A stretch of 64,000 bases of DNA from NCBI GenBank assembly GCA_945874105.1, contig CAMCFJ010000003.1, forward strand, positions 74,152-138,151, read 5' to 3'. Below, in pieces: positions 11,830 to 21,611 of the stretch. Each line of letters begins with the position of its first letter. The stretch's first letter is position 1. The notes under the pieces are model-generated. The model did not search any database and had not been told where the DNA came from. It was given only the letters and a program-made list of their open reading frames with translations. Source of the stretch: Candidatus Nitrotoga sp. CP45. Lineage in GTDB: Bacteria > Pseudomonadota > Gammaproteobacteria > Burkholderiales > Gallionellaceae. Both the position numbers and the translations under genes were made by a program.

Positions 11830-11858
11830 TTGACCATCTGGAGTATTTCTGTTATATT
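11830..11858 (+). promoter_or_regulatory. sigma-70-type promoter of hicA (TTGACC-N17-TATATT)
   Basis: Hexamers with a 17-nt spacer were counted by hand. The -10 box ends 6 nt before the hicA ATG, implying a leaderless or near-leaderless mRNA. Confidence 0.4.
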
Positions 11859-11864
11859 TAACAT

Positions 11865-12041
11865 ATGGATAGCAATGAATTTAAACAATGGCTTGTCAAG
11901 CAAGGCGCTGAATTTCAGTCAGGCCAGGGGACCCACATCAAGGTATTTCTTAATGGCCGTCAATCGGTTTTGCCGATGCACGGCACGGAACTGAAAATCG
12001 GCACTATCGACTACATTAAAAAACAACTAGGGTTGAATTAG
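11865..12041 (+). CDS. hicA: type II toxin HicA (mRNA interferase)
   Basis: 58-aa ORF below the track cutoff. My translation is MDSNEFKQWLVKQGAEFQSGQGTHIKVFLNGRQSVLPMHGTELKIGTIDYIKKQLGLN. It is colinear with E. coli HicA as I recall it (..EFRRWL..GSNHLKL..GRRSVMPRH..KQLGL). Confidence 0.8.
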   Translation: MDSNEFKQWLVKQGAEFQSGQGTHIKVFLNGRQSVLPMHGTELKIGTIDYIKKQLGLN

Positions 12042-12051
12042 GGGACTTGCG

Positions 12052-12321
12052 ATGTTTGAATACCCAGTGGAATTGATATCTGCCAAGGAAGGCGGATTTA
12101 TCGTGACTTTTCCCGATGTGCCGGAAGCAATTACCCAAGGTGATGACAAGGACGAAGCACTGCAGCATGCCTGTGATGCGCTAGAAACCGCGCTTGGTTT
12201 CTATATCGGGGATCGTCGCCAACTGCCCTTGCCCTCTGTTGCAGCGGGGCGCCCCACTGTTACGCCCGATGCAATAGTAATTGCCAAGATGATTGCGAAC
12301 TGGCTTTCTATAAATAAATAA
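12052..12321 (+). CDS. hicB: HicB-family antitoxin, short form without a recognisable DNA-binding domain
   Basis: The N-terminal FEYPVELISAKEGGFIVTFPDVPEAITQGDDKDEALQHACDALETAL matches the HicB fold. The protein ends at 89 aa, about where the HTH/RHH domain of longer HicB proteins begins. Confidence 0.75.
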   Translation: MFEYPVELISAKEGGFIVTFPDVPEAITQGDDKDEALQHACDALETALGFYIGDRRQLPLPSVAAGRPTVTPDAIVIAKMIANWLSINK

Positions 12322-12473
12322 CCGAGGGTAAAGTTAAGAAATAGAATAGACATTTTGCTTAATGCAAAAAACTATTGGATATGACGAATTAGATTCAACG
12401 ATCCAGTTTCGCTGTTGTTCGCATAGTATTGCTTCTCCGTTTTTCTGACATCACTTCAACCTCAAACCTCAAT

Positions 12474-13661
12474 TCAACCGGCCACGCGCAATACAAGTCC
12501 CTTGAGATATGCACCTTCGGGGAAATTCAATAATATCGGGTGATCTGGCGCGGCTTGCAGTTTGCGTATGATGTGCGCATCCACTCCTGCGTCCAAGGCG
12601 GCGCCGGCAATAATTTTCTGGAACAGGTCGTCGTTTATGCCGCCGGAACAAGAATAGGTGGCGAGTATTCCTCCCGGCCTGAGCAGCTTGAAGCCTAGCA
12701 GGTTAATATCCTTGTAGCCGCGCGCGGCTTTTTCGGCGAAAGCGGCGGTAGGCGCAAATTTGGGTGGGTCGAGGATGATCAGGTCAAATTTGCGGTTCTG
12801 GTCACGCAGCTTGCGAAGTGCCAGGAACACGTCGATGCATTGCCATTCAGCGCGGCTGGCATCCAGCCCATTAAGTTCCACATTGCGCTGTGCCAGTTGC
12901 AGCGCTTCATTCGAAGAATCAATTGATAGCACTGATTTCGCGCCGCCGCGCAGTGCATACAGCGAGAACCCGCCGCTGTAGCAAAAGCAGTTCAGAACAT
13001 CCTTGTCTTGCGCCAGGGTTCCAATCAGTTCGCGGTTGTCACGCTGGTCGAGATAGAAGCCCGTCTTCTGCCCGTGTGCTACATCCACGGCAAAGTACAG
13101 CCCGTGTTCAACAATGGTTAACGATTCAGGCAAGTTGCCATGGTGTACGTTATTGCGTTCCGGCAAGCCTTCCAATGCACGTGAATCAGAATCGGAACGC
13201 TCGTAAATACAAACCGGATTGCGCATCTCTTGCAGTATGTCTGCGCAAGTGTCGCGCCAGCGTTCCGCTCCCACGCTGCCAATCTGCATAACCAGCACAT
13301 CGCCATATTGATCTACTATCAGTCCGGGCAAACCATCGGATTCGCCATGAATCAGGCGCAGGCCAGTGCTGTGTTGCGCCAATTTGAGATCTTTGCGCAA
13401 TGCCAGTGCATGGGTGATTTTCGTGCGGAAAAAATCTGCATCGATGCCTTGCTCTGCGTCCCATGACCACACTCGCGCAGCAATTTGTGAATGTGCATTG
13501 TATGCGGCATGGGCGAGGAACGCGCCTTGTGTTGAGTATATCTGTACCGTGTCACCATCAATAGGCGAGCCTTCCACACGTTTAATTGCCCCGGAAAATA
13601 CCCAGGGGTGACGGCGTAGAAGGGATTTCTCCCTTCCCTCATTAAGAATAATTTTATTCAT
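12474..13661 (-). CDS. rlmI: class I SAM-dependent 23S rRNA (cytosine-C5) methyltransferase, RlmI-like
   Basis: 395 aa with a PUA-like N-terminus (HPWVFSGAI), SAM-binding LNCFCYSGGFS and a DPPKF catalytic motif. Confidence 0.8.
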   Translation of the reverse strand: MNKIILNEGREKSLLRRHPWVFSGAIKRVEGSPIDGDTVQIYSTQGAFLAHAAYNAHSQIAARVWSWDAEQGIDADFFRTKITHALALRKDLKLAQHSTGLRLIHGESDGLPGLIVDQYGDVLVMQIGSVGAERWRDTCADILQEMRNPVCIYERSDSDSRALEGLPERNNVHHGNLPESLTIVEHGLYFAVDVAHGQKTGFYLDQRDNRELIGTLAQDKDVLNCFCYSGGFSLYALRGGAKSVLSIDSSNEALQLAQRNVELNGLDASRAEWQCIDVFLALRKLRDQNRKFDLIILDPPKFAPTAAFAEKAARGYKDINLLGFKLLRPGGILATYSCSGGINDDLFQKIIAGAALDAGVDAHIIRKLQAAPDHPILLNFPEGAYLKGLVLRVAG

Positions 13662-14578
13662 GGGATTTTCTTTTTGGCTCGCGGATGCGCTGCATCGTAA
13701 ATTTTACTGAGGTATTGAAAATCAAGATGAGTGTAAACCTGCGTAGTGGAAATGCTGGTATGGCCGAGCATTTCTTGCACTGCCCGCAGATCTCCACTGG
13801 ATTGCAGCACATGTGAAGCGAACGAATGACGCAACAAGTGTGGGTGAACGCCACTGGTGATGCCCTGTTTGATGCCCCATCCTGACATGCGTAATTGCAC
13901 CGCGCGCGCACCAATGCGGCTACCATTGCGATTAACGAACAGCGCTGTTTCATCCTGTTTGGCCAATTGTCCGCGTAGCGCCAGCCAAGCTTGCAGCGCG
14001 GAGATCGCATAACTGCCCAGCGGTACGATGCGTGTCTTGGTGCCTTTGCCGATAACGCGTACAGCCGCATCTGCAAAATCAAGCGCGACAGGATCGAGAC
14101 TGACCAGCTCTGCCAAGCGCAGACCGGAAGAATAAAATAACTCAAACATCGCTTTGTCGCGCACCGTCAGAATGTCGCCGGCTGTAGGTAATTCCATCAT
14201 GCGCACAGCTTCGTCCGGGGAAAGTGCATGCGGCAGATTGCGCGCCGATTTGGGCGCTCGCAGCCCGATGCACGGATTGTCTTTGAACTGGTGGTCACGT
14301 ATCAAATACGAGTAAAAACTACGCCATGCCGACAGCATGCGCGCCAAACTCTTGCCGCCCAAACCGCCACCATGCAATTGGGCTATGAAACGGCGAATTT
14401 GATGATTTTTTAACTCGTTTAGTGGCGTAACACCCGCAAGCTTGAACAAACGGCAAATATCGCGGGAGTAATTTTCCGCAGTAAGGGGAGAGTAACGGCG
14501 CTCGTTGCGCAGATGGCCGAGAAATCCGTGCAGTGCATCTTGATTGGGAGTGGGTGTCTGCGCGGTACTATTTGACAT
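13658..14578 (-). CDS. xerC: tyrosine recombinase XerC
   Basis: 306 aa with R..HxxR..Y catalytic residues (LRHSFASHVL, GHTSISTTQVYTHL). Sits in the conserved dapF-DUF484-xerC synteny. Confidence 0.88.
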   Translation of the reverse strand: MSNSTAQTPTPNQDALHGFLGHLRNERRYSPLTAENYSRDICRLFKLAGVTPLNELKNHQIRRFIAQLHGGGLGGKSLARMLSAWRSFYSYLIRDHQFKDNPCIGLRAPKSARNLPHALSPDEAVRMMELPTAGDILTVRDKAMFELFYSSGLRLAELVSLDPVALDFADAAVRVIGKGTKTRIVPLGSYAISALQAWLALRGQLAKQDETALFVNRNGSRIGARAVQLRMSGWGIKQGITSGVHPHLLRHSFASHVLQSSGDLRAVQEMLGHTSISTTQVYTHLDFQYLSKIYDAAHPRAKKKIP

Positions 14579-14582
14579 CGTT

Positions 14583-15203
14583 TTATAGCGAGGGGCGTAG
14601 CGCGCTGCTCAAAATTTCCGCAATACGCTGCAGGAACAGCGTGCCCATGCCGGGATAGAAGCGTTGCGCATCCTCACTAGCCAGTATTAACATGCCGATG
14701 GATTGTTCATCTGCGCGCAGTGGTAAATAAGCAAACGAATGCAAATGAGCCGCGCTTTCGCCAAACCAGGCCAACGTTCCATGAAGAGCGTGATGAACAC
14801 AGACGGGTTGCAGCTGCTGGTCAGCGAAGGCCAACACTTCCGAGCTGGGCGGCAATCCCTTCCAGATATGCAACACAACATGCGGCACGGCAAAAATTTC
14901 CCGCAAATTCTGCGTAATGACATCCTGCAAACTCATCAGGTCACGCACACCAAATAACGCCAGATTGAATTGATGCACTTTTTGCTGTAGTGCGTCATTG
15001 TCCTGAGCAAACGCTACCATCTCGTGCAGCTTTTTTTCCAGGCTTTTGTTTTGCTCACGCAAAGTCAGTAACTGCCGCTCACTTAATGAAATGGTGCGCC
15101 CGCTGTAAGGGTGGGGGATCGTGACGTCCGCTAACATATCAGCATGATCTTCAAAGAACTGTGGATTATTTTGTAAATATAGTGCGATATCTGCGGATTT
15201 CAT
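14583..15203 (-). CDS. DUF484 (YigA-like) protein
   Basis: 206 aa located between dapF and xerC, as in many proteobacteria, with a GAF-like C-terminal half. Confidence 0.7.
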   Translation of the reverse strand: MKSADIALYLQNNPQFFEDHADMLADVTIPHPYSGRTISLSERQLLTLREQNKSLEKKLHEMVAFAQDNDALQQKVHQFNLALFGVRDLMSLQDVITQNLREIFAVPHVVLHIWKGLPPSSEVLAFADQQLQPVCVHHALHGTLAWFGESAAHLHSFAYLPLRADEQSIGMLILASEDAQRFYPGMGTLFLQRIAEILSSALRPSL

Positions 15204-15212
15204 GTCGTCCTC

Positions 15213-16043
15213 TTATAAATTTATTTCGCCTTCAAATACAGCAATCGCTGGCCCGGTCATAAATACCGGTGTGTCGTTTCCGGCCCAAGCTATGTTCAGT
15301 ACCCCACCACGCGTGGCAACATTCACGCGTCCGTCCAACAAATCGCGACGGATGCCGGCTACCACTGCGGCGCACGCGCCAGTGCCGCAAGACAGGGTTT
15401 CACCAGTGCCGCGTTCATACACGCGCAATTTGATGTGATTACGATCCACTATCTGCATAAAGCCTGCATTCACTCGTTGCGGAAACTGTGGGTGATATTC
15501 AATGAGCGGCCCCTGCATGGCGACTGGTGCATGTTCCACATCATTCACCACCTGTAGCGCATGTGGATTGCCCATCGATAGTGCCGAAATCTGCACCGTC
15601 TCGCCCGCCACTTCCAGCGTTTGGATAATAGCATCGCCACTACCAAGGAACGGAATACGTGCCGCCTCGAAAATCGGCGCGCCCATATTTACCGTAACTT
15701 GACCATTGTCCTCAAGGCACGGTGCAATCAGGCCGCTTTTTGTTTCTACCACGATCTCCCGCTTGAGTGTCAGTTTTTGATCGTGCACAAAGCGCATAAA
15801 GCAGCGCGCGCCATTGCCGCATTGCTCCACCTCGTCGCCATCAGCATTGAAGATGCGATAACGAAAATCCGCATCGGGATGCTGTGCAACTTCCACTAGC
15901 AGGATTTGATCGCAGCCCACGCCAAAGTGCCTGTCAGCCAACAGGCGCAGCTGCTCCGGAGTAAGCTGAATGTGCTGGCGCACCCCATTAAGGACTACGA
16001 AATCATTACCGGCACCGTGCATCTTGGTGAATTTTAATATCAT
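15213..16043 (-). CDS. dapF: diaminopimelate epimerase
   Basis: [18 protein letters not shown] and SCGTGACA active-site cysteine motifs. I chose the start at [10 protein letters not shown] (ATG 16043), because the longer ORF reaching 16217 would overlap the upstream gene. Confidence 0.9.
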   Translation of the reverse strand: MILKFTKMHGAGNDFVVLNGVRQHIQLTPEQLRLLADRHFGVGCDQILLVEVAQHPDADFRYRIFNADGDEVEQCGNGARCFMRFVHDQKLTLKREIVVETKSGLIAPCLEDNGQVTVNMGAPIFEAARIPFLGSGDAIIQTLEVAGETVQISALSMGNPHALQVVNDVEHAPVAMQGPLIEYHPQFPQRVNAGFMQIVDRNHIKLRVYERGTGETLSCGTGACAAVVAGIRRDLLDGRVNVATRGGVLNIAWAGNDTPVFMTGPAIAVFEGEINL

Positions 16044-16078
16044 CTCTTCATCTCTGATAATTCCATGAGTATTTTTTG

Positions 16079-16873
16079 CTAAATAAATTTTATTAGCAAA
16101 TGAGTCGCCAGAGCCAGCATCAGCACTGCGAAAAGTTTGCGCAATAGCCCAATCTTCATGCGATGTGCAGCTTTTGCGCCTAGCGGCGCGGTAATAACGC
16201 TGGCCAGCGTGACCCACAACAATGCCGGTAGATACACGAAACCCAGATTAGGCGAGGGTAGCATATGGAAACCAAGGCCCGTAACAATATAGCCTATTGT
16301 GCCACCTGCGGCGACCGGGAAGCCGATCGCCGCAGAGGTACCAATTGCATTGCGTAGCGGCACGTTGCACCAAATTAGAAACGGGACGACAACCGTGCCG
16401 CCGCCGATGGACACCAGGCTGCTGAGCCAGCCTGTGAACGTGCCCGTCAGCGTCATACCGGCCATACCGGGCAATTGACGTGAGGCTTGCGGGCGTAACT
16501 CAAACAGAATTTGAATTGCGGCAAAATACACGAACAAAGCAAAAAATATTCCCAGTCCACGTGGCGAAACAGATGCGGCGCATAAAGCGCCCAGCGCTGT
16601 TCCGAACAAAATGCCGGGAGTCATGGTGCGAACCACGGCCCAGTTCACCGCACCATGCTGGTGGTGTTTGCGCATGCTGGCGAGCGACGTGAACAGAATG
16701 GTTGCCATAGCGGTACCGAGCGCCAGATGCATGATATGGGGAGCGGGGAAGTCCTGCATTTTGAACAGCATCAACAAAACTGGTACCAGAATCGTTCCAC
16801 CACCAATGCCGAACATTCCACTAAACAGCCCAACGAATGCGCCCAGCGCGAGGTAGGCGAGCGCCCATTCCAT
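16079..16873 (-). CDS. TauE/SafE-family (DUF81) anion exporter membrane protein
   Basis: 264 aa, polytopic and hydrophobic, with the internal duplication and Gly-rich helices typical of TauE/SafE. Confidence 0.75.
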   Translation of the reverse strand: MEWALAYLALGAFVGLFSGMFGIGGGTILVPVLLMLFKMQDFPAPHIMHLALGTAMATILFTSLASMRKHHQHGAVNWAVVRTMTPGILFGTALGALCAASVSPRGLGIFFALFVYFAAIQILFELRPQASRQLPGMAGMTLTGTFTGWLSSLVSIGGGTVVVPFLIWCNVPLRNAIGTSAAIGFPVAAGGTIGYIVTGLGFHMLPSPNLGFVYLPALLWVTLASVITAPLGAKAAHRMKIGLLRKLFAVLMLALATHLLIKFI

Positions 16874-16874
16874 A

Positions 16875-17339
16875 TTAGTCGCGTACCAGATGTTTCAGAA
16901 TGAAGTTCCACTCGGCCGGATCAAGCGGTGTGATGGACAATCGATTGCCACGCTGCAAAATGCGCATGCCTTCCAATTGTGGATGGCGACGAAGCTCCGC
17001 CAATGAAATGTGTTCAATTTTCTTTACCCATTGCACATCTACATTAAACCACCGGGGCGTTTCCTGCGTGGCCTTGGGATCGAAATATTTGCTATTGCGT
17101 TTGAACTGAGTGGCATCTGGATAGGCGGTGCTGGAAACGCGTGCGATGCCCGCTATACCTGGCACAGCGCAATTGGAATGATAAAAAAGCACCGCGTCGC
17201 CTATGCACATCTGATCGCGCATGAAGTTACGCGCCTGATAGTTACGAACACCGTACCATGCCACGGTTTGGTCGGGCAGGTTAGCGAGGTCATCTATGCT
17301 GACGTCGCTCGGTTCAGATTTCATTAGCCAATAACGCAC
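16875..17339 (-). CDS. EVE (PUA-like) domain protein
   Basis: 154 aa beginning MRYWLMKSEPS, then ..WYGVRNYQARNFMR..GDAVLFYHSN, characteristic of the EVE domain. Confidence 0.8.
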   Translation of the reverse strand: MRYWLMKSEPSDVSIDDLANLPDQTVAWYGVRNYQARNFMRDQMCIGDAVLFYHSNCAVPGIAGIARVSSTAYPDATQFKRNSKYFDPKATQETPRWFNVDVQWVKKIEHISLAELRRHPQLEGMRILQRGNRLSITPLDPAEWNFILKHLVRD

Positions 17340-17382
17340 GTTATTCCATTTAGAATTCTAATAATCTGTCTGGCGCACCGAT

Positions 17383-17410
17383 AAAAAAATGCGGCGTAAA
17401 GCCGCATTTT
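17383..17410 (-). terminator. rho-independent terminator after 6S RNA
   Basis: On the minus strand AUGCGGC-UUUAC-GCCGCAU is followed by U7. Confidence 0.75.
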
Positions 17411-17417
17411 AAATAAA

Positions 17418-17592
17418 GATCCCCGCCTGTGCCGTTGACCCAATATCTTGAACCTGGGTTCAAGAGAGCCGTTTCCCTGTTACATCAGGTACATCCGCAA
17501 GGGATGCGCACAACAGTAACATCAAGGGTCGCGACTTAAGCAGAGCTTATTGGTTCAAAGAATTATGAGCCTGACGAGCACCGCAGGGAAAA
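17418..17592 (-). ncRNA. ssrS: 6S RNA
   Basis: Lies immediately downstream of zapA, the conserved proteobacterial position. The 5' end CCCUGCGGUGCUCGUCAGG pairs with the 3' end ..ACGGCACAGGCGGGG. It contains the hallmark UUGAACCCAGGUUCAAG hairpin also present in E. coli 6S. There is no ORF. Ends are approximate. Confidence 0.8.
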
Positions 17593-17594
17593 AC

Positions 17595-17909
17595 CTAAAA
17601 CAACTCATCTTGTTCCGCAAGTACCGCGTCGATGGTTGCCTCCATATTGTTCGTTCTACGCTTAAACTGACTCATATCAAAACCAGTGCCGAGACGTGTG
17701 GTTAGTAGTTCATGAGCAATATTCAAGGCAGCCATGATTGCGATGCGCTCGGTCGTGGCAACCTTGCCGATATCGCGAATCTCGTGCATTTTCTTATCCA
17801 GATAAGCGACCGCATCAAGCAGTTCCGGGCGTTCTGCTTCCGAACAGACGACGCGGAATTCCTGTTCAAAGATTGTGACATCAAGCGATTTTGCACTTTC
17901 TCTGCACAT
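17595..17909 (-). CDS. zapA: cell division protein ZapA
   Basis: 104 aa with a ZapA-like sequence (ILGQEF-type VTIFEQEFRVVC, coiled-coil C-terminus) and zapA-ssrS synteny. Confidence 0.85.
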   Translation of the reverse strand: MCRESAKSLDVTIFEQEFRVVCSEAERPELLDAVAYLDKKMHEIRDIGKVATTERIAIMAALNIAHELLTTRLGTGFDMSQFKRRTNNMEATIDAVLAEQDELF

Positions 17910-17911
17910 GA

Positions 17912-18106
17912 TTATTCTTCAGGTAATTGCGCCAGCAGTCGTTCCAGGCGCGCCTTGACAGAGTCAATCTTATCGTGGCTTTGACGACCTTGACTCAGCG
18001 CTTGAGCCAACTCTTGACGCAGGTGATGGTTTTCTTCGCGCAGATGTTTAGTCAAATGCACCAATCGAGCCAACTTGCTTTCCAATGAGTCCAATTCTGC
18101 TTGCAT
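17912..18106 (-). CDS. small coiled-coil protein upstream of zapA (ZapB/TIGR02449-like)
   Basis: 64 aa with heptad Leu/Glu/Arg-rich sequence. It abuts zapA with a 2-nt gap. Confidence 0.6.
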   Translation of the reverse strand: MQAELDSLESKLARLVHLTKHLREENHHLRQELAQALSQGRQSHDKIDSVKARLERLLAQLPEE

Positions 18107-18203
18107 GAAGCGAACTATAGTTTAAAGAAACCTGACCCGTCAAATGAGTAACCAAAATAATTTTTAGTTCTACCGCCAACGGTCTGTTTAATGTGCTCGC
18201 TCC

Positions 18204-18818
18204 TCAGCTCAACCTATTATTCTCTCCCCACCGCTTCACTAACCTATGCTCAACACCCAAGTGATCAAGTATCTTTGCCACCACAAAATCCACCAAGTCC
18301 TGCACACTTTGTGGATGATAGTAAAAGCCCGGATTGGGCGGCAGGATGACCGCACCGGCACGACTCAGCTTGAGCATGTTTTCCAGATGGATGGCGGAAA
18401 ACGGTGATTCGCGCGGCACTAATATCAGGGGGCGTTTTTCCTTGAGCATGACATCGGCTGCACGGGTGATGAGGTCATCGCTTAGCCCCATCGCCACCGC
18501 CGCCAGCGTACCCATAGTGCAGGGGCAAATTACCATCGCGTCGCCAGGGTTAGAACCAGAAGCCATAGGTGCGAACCAGTCGTCGCGCCCGAACACGCGC
18601 AGTTCGCCGCTCATTTTGCCAAATCGTTCCACCAGGAATTTTTCCGCATCTTGCGGACGGTTGGGTAACACGAAATCCAACTCCTGTTTGGCGACTATTT
18701 GTGCCGCTTGCGAATAAACCAGGTGCACGCGCTGACCGCTTTGGAGCAGGCACTCAAGCAGTCGCATGGCGTAGGGTAAGCCGGATGCGCCAGTTAGGGC
18801 GAGTACGATAGTTTTCAT
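18204..18818 (-). CDS. ubiX: flavin prenyltransferase UbiX
   Basis: N-terminus MKTIVLALTGASGLPYAMRLLECL and the flavoprotein fold typical of UbiX/Pad1. Confidence 0.88.
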   Translation of the reverse strand: MKTIVLALTGASGLPYAMRLLECLLQSGQRVHLVYSQAAQIVAKQELDFVLPNRPQDAEKFLVERFGKMSGELRVFGRDDWFAPMASGSNPGDAMVICPCTMGTLAAVAMGLSDDLITRAADVMLKEKRPLILVPRESPFSAIHLENMLKLSRAGAVILPPNPGFYYHPQSVQDLVDFVVAKILDHLGVEHRLVKRWGENNRLS

Positions 18819-18943
18819 ATGCTTTTCAACCAGTCAATTTTGGTGCTTCGAACCCTGTGTGTGGTCGATCCAGATAGTGTGCCGCGATCAGGCCATTTAC
18901 TGTGCCAAACAGCAGTGCTGCCGTAGCAAAGATTATACAAAAA

Positions 18944-19813
18944 TCAATCAGTGTTACCGAGTTCGCGGTGGCGCAGCAACACTTGCTGTTGCAATTTAAA
19001 ATAAGACGCAAGCTTTTCCACCAAGTACACCGAGCGATGTTGGCCACCTGTGCAACCGATGGCGACGGTGAGATAGCTGCGGTTATCAGCGATGAAGCAG
19101 GGCAGCCACTTCTCGACAAAACTGCGGATGTCTTCGCACATATCTTGTACATTTTGGTTGCATTCGAGAAACTCAATTACCGCCGCATCGCGTCCGGTTA
19201 GTGGCCGCAGCACGGGATCGTAATGTGGGTTGGGAAGGCAGCGCACGTCGAACACCAAGTCGGCATCAAGCGGAACACCATTCTTGAAACCAAACGATTG
19301 GAACAACAGGGTAATGCGTGCGCGGTCAACACCTTTGAAATCTTTGACCCAGGCACGCAAGGCATTGGCGCCGAGCTCGCTGGTATCAATACGATGGCCG
19401 ATGTTGCTGATCTCGGCCAGCATTTCGCGCTCGAGTTGCACGCATTCAGGCAGGGTAAGCCCTTCATTGGTCTGCGCCGAAGGTAGTGTATTACGCAGCG
19501 GATGGCAGCGACGCGTTTCGGAAAAGCGTTTCACCAGCGTGTCGGTCTGCGCGTCAAGGAAGAGCAAGTGCACATCTATACCCTGTTGCTTGAGTCGTTC
19601 AATATAGTGCGGCAGTTGTTTCACGCTGTCGCCACTACGCACGTCTATGCTGACCGCAATGCTTGTGTTACCGGTCTGACGCAGATTTTCCATGAGGACA
19701 GGCAACAACGCAGCGGGCAGATTGTCCACACAATAGTAGCCGCTGTCTTCCAGCGCCTTGAGCGCCACGCTTTTTCCTGAGCCAGAGAGGCCGCTGATCA
19801 GAAATAATTGCAT
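18944..19813 (-). CDS. rapZ: RNase adapter protein RapZ
   Basis: Walker A motif [17 protein letters not shown], and a C-terminal [10 protein letters not shown] motif. Sits in the rpoN-cluster synteny. Confidence 0.9.
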   Translation of the reverse strand: MQLFLISGLSGSGKSVALKALEDSGYYCVDNLPAALLPVLMENLRQTGNTSIAVSIDVRSGDSVKQLPHYIERLKQQGIDVHLLFLDAQTDTLVKRFSETRRCHPLRNTLPSAQTNEGLTLPECVQLEREMLAEISNIGHRIDTSELGANALRAWVKDFKGVDRARITLLFQSFGFKNGVPLDADLVFDVRCLPNPHYDPVLRPLTGRDAAVIEFLECNQNVQDMCEDIRSFVEKWLPCFIADNRSYLTVAIGCTGGQHRSVYLVEKLASYFKLQQQVLLRHRELGNTD

Positions 19814-19816
19814 GAT

Positions 19817-20755
19817 TTATTGTTCCTGCATTTGCTGCTCGTGACGACTGATAAATTCTTGCATGCTGTCGATACCACGTTGCTGTAGTACAAAATTTCG
19901 TGCTGCCGCTTCTACCAGCACCGCAAGGTTGCGCCCGGCCATGACCGGGATGCTCACCGTGGTAATCTTCACGCCAAGGATTTCCTGATGACTGGCCACT
20001 AGCGGCAAGCGTTCCAGATGGGACAGGTCGCCGCGTTGAGGGCGCTGCAGATGTACGATGAGTTTTAAACTTTTTTTGCGCCGCACTGCGGTCTCGCCAA
20101 ACATGGTGCGAATATTAAGCACACCCAGCCCCCGCACTTCGAGGAAATCACGCAATAGCTCCGGGCAGCGCCCTTCCAGCGTTTCCGGAGAAATACGGTA
20201 TAGCTCGGTGATATCGTCCGCCACCAAACCATTGCCGCGCGTGATAAGCTCCAGTCCCAGTTCACTCTTGCCTATTCCGCTGTCACCCGTCACCAGCACC
20301 CCCACCCCCAGCACATCGAGAAACACGCCGTGGCGCGTGGTCGATTCCGCCAGCGCTTTGACAATGTAATGACGCACCAGCCACATCAAATGTACGCTGG
20401 GCAGAGGAGAGCGAAACAGCGGTGTATGTGTGCGGTTAGCGTAAGCGATCAACTCCTGCGGGATCTTCTCCGTGCCGGCCACGATCAGGCATAGCGTACC
20501 GCCGCGCTCAAGCTCCGTCAGCGCCTCTGTGAACGCGGCGGACGAAAGCCCTTGAAGATGGTCGACTTCGATTTCACTCAATACCTGCACCCAATTCGGG
20601 TGGATCATATTGAGGTGACCAATCAAACCTTTGTTAGAGGCGCTGACTAAATCACTATCCAGTATTTTCGCAGCACCATTCGCTCCGGCGACCCAGCTCA
20701 ATGCAAGCTGCTCCTGTTTGTCCTCGAACAGCTGTTGGATGTTGACCTGTGCCAT
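19817..20755 (-). CDS. hprK: HPr kinase/phosphorylase
   Basis: 312 aa with the GDSGIGKSE P-loop and LEVRGLG signature. Confidence 0.88.
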   Translation of the reverse strand: MAQVNIQQLFEDKQEQLALSWVAGANGAAKILDSDLVSASNKGLIGHLNMIHPNWVQVLSEIEVDHLQGLSSAAFTEALTELERGGTLCLIVAGTEKIPQELIAYANRTHTPLFRSPLPSVHLMWLVRHYIVKALAESTTRHGVFLDVLGVGVLVTGDSGIGKSELGLELITRGNGLVADDITELYRISPETLEGRCPELLRDFLEVRGLGVLNIRTMFGETAVRRKKSLKLIVHLQRPQRGDLSHLERLPLVASHQEILGVKITTVSIPVMAGRNLAVLVEAAARNFVLQQRGIDSMQEFISRHEQQMQEQ

Positions 20756-20760
20756 TATCG

Positions 20761-21216
20761 TTACATCACCCAGTCAGTAAATGCTTGATGAATTACCGCT
20801 GCATCATTGCTATTCTGTAATTGTTCGCGGAAGGTTTTATCACTGAACATTTGCGCCAGTTCGCCAAGTAGTTGCAGGTGCAGATCGGTGGCCCGTTCCG
20901 GCACCAGCAACACGAAAATCAGGTTAACCGGTTGACCATCAGGTGCGTCGAACGGAATTAATGCCTGTGTCTTGACGAAAGCGGCAGTCGCATCTCGCAG
21001 GCTCTTGATACGGCCGTGCGGGATAGCAACGCTGTGTCCCAGACCAGTCGAGCCGAGCTTCTCGCGCTCAAAAAGGCTATCGAATACTTGGCTACGTGCT
21101 ATTTTCTGAGTGTTTTCAAATAGCACCCCCACTCTTTCGAAAACCCGTTTTTTACTGGTGGAATCGGCGTCCAATATGACGTTCTCAAGGGGCAGCACTT
21201 TACTGATCAGGTTCAT
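20761..21216 (-). CDS. ptsN: PTS IIA-like nitrogen regulatory protein PtsN
   Basis: 151 aa with the GLGHSVAIPHGR phosphorylation-site motif. Confidence 0.88.
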   Translation of the reverse strand: MNLISKVLPLENVILDADSTSKKRVFERVGVLFENTQKIARSQVFDSLFEREKLGSTGLGHSVAIPHGRIKSLRDATAAFVKTQALIPFDAPDGQPVNLIFVLLVPERATDLHLQLLGELAQMFSDKTFREQLQNSNDAAVIHQAFTDWVM

Positions 21217-21265
21217 AATTCAAGCACATCAAAAAAGGAAGGGGCAACCGTAAGCCGCCCGGCTA

Positions 21266-21595
21266 TCATTCTTGCTCCACTGCAGGGGGATTGCCGGATT
21301 CATCATGGCGACGAGCGGCATTTTTTTCTTTATGTTTGATAATTTGGCGATCGAGTTTGTCGATCAGATTATCAATCGCTACATATAAGTTCGTGTCATC
21401 ACATTCCACAAAAATCGTCTTGCCGCTCAGGTGGACGTTAGCCTCGGCCTTTTGTTTCAGTTTTTCCACCGAAAGGACGACATTGACATCAATCATGTTG
21501 TCGAAGTGACGTTCGATTTTGTCGAGTTTGCTCACCACGTGTTCACGAATGGCGGGGGTGATTTCCAAGTGGTGTCCGCTGAGATTGAGGTTCAT
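21266..21595 (-). CDS. hpf: ribosome hibernation promoting factor
   Basis: 109 aa beginning MNLNLSGHHLEITPAIREHV, directly downstream of rpoN. Confidence 0.88.
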   Translation of the reverse strand: MNLNLSGHHLEITPAIREHVVSKLDKIERHFDNMIDVNVVLSVEKLKQKAEANVHLSGKTIFVECDDTNLYVAIDNLIDKLDRQIIKHKEKNAARRHDESGNPPAVEQE

Positions 21596-21611
21596 GGCCT
21601 GCTCCTTATGG

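Noticed and set aside
12322-12473. Search for a frameshifted remnant of a HicB HTH domain downstream of hicB.
   Set aside because: Translations in all three forward frames hit stops within about 20 codons, and none resembles an XRE or RHH domain. No pseudogene call can be supported.
18826-19176. 116-aa ORF overlapping the 3' end of rapZ and the rapZ-ubiX spacer.
   Set aside because: Most of it is antisense or off-frame to rapZ, which has clear conserved motifs. It has no motifs of its own.
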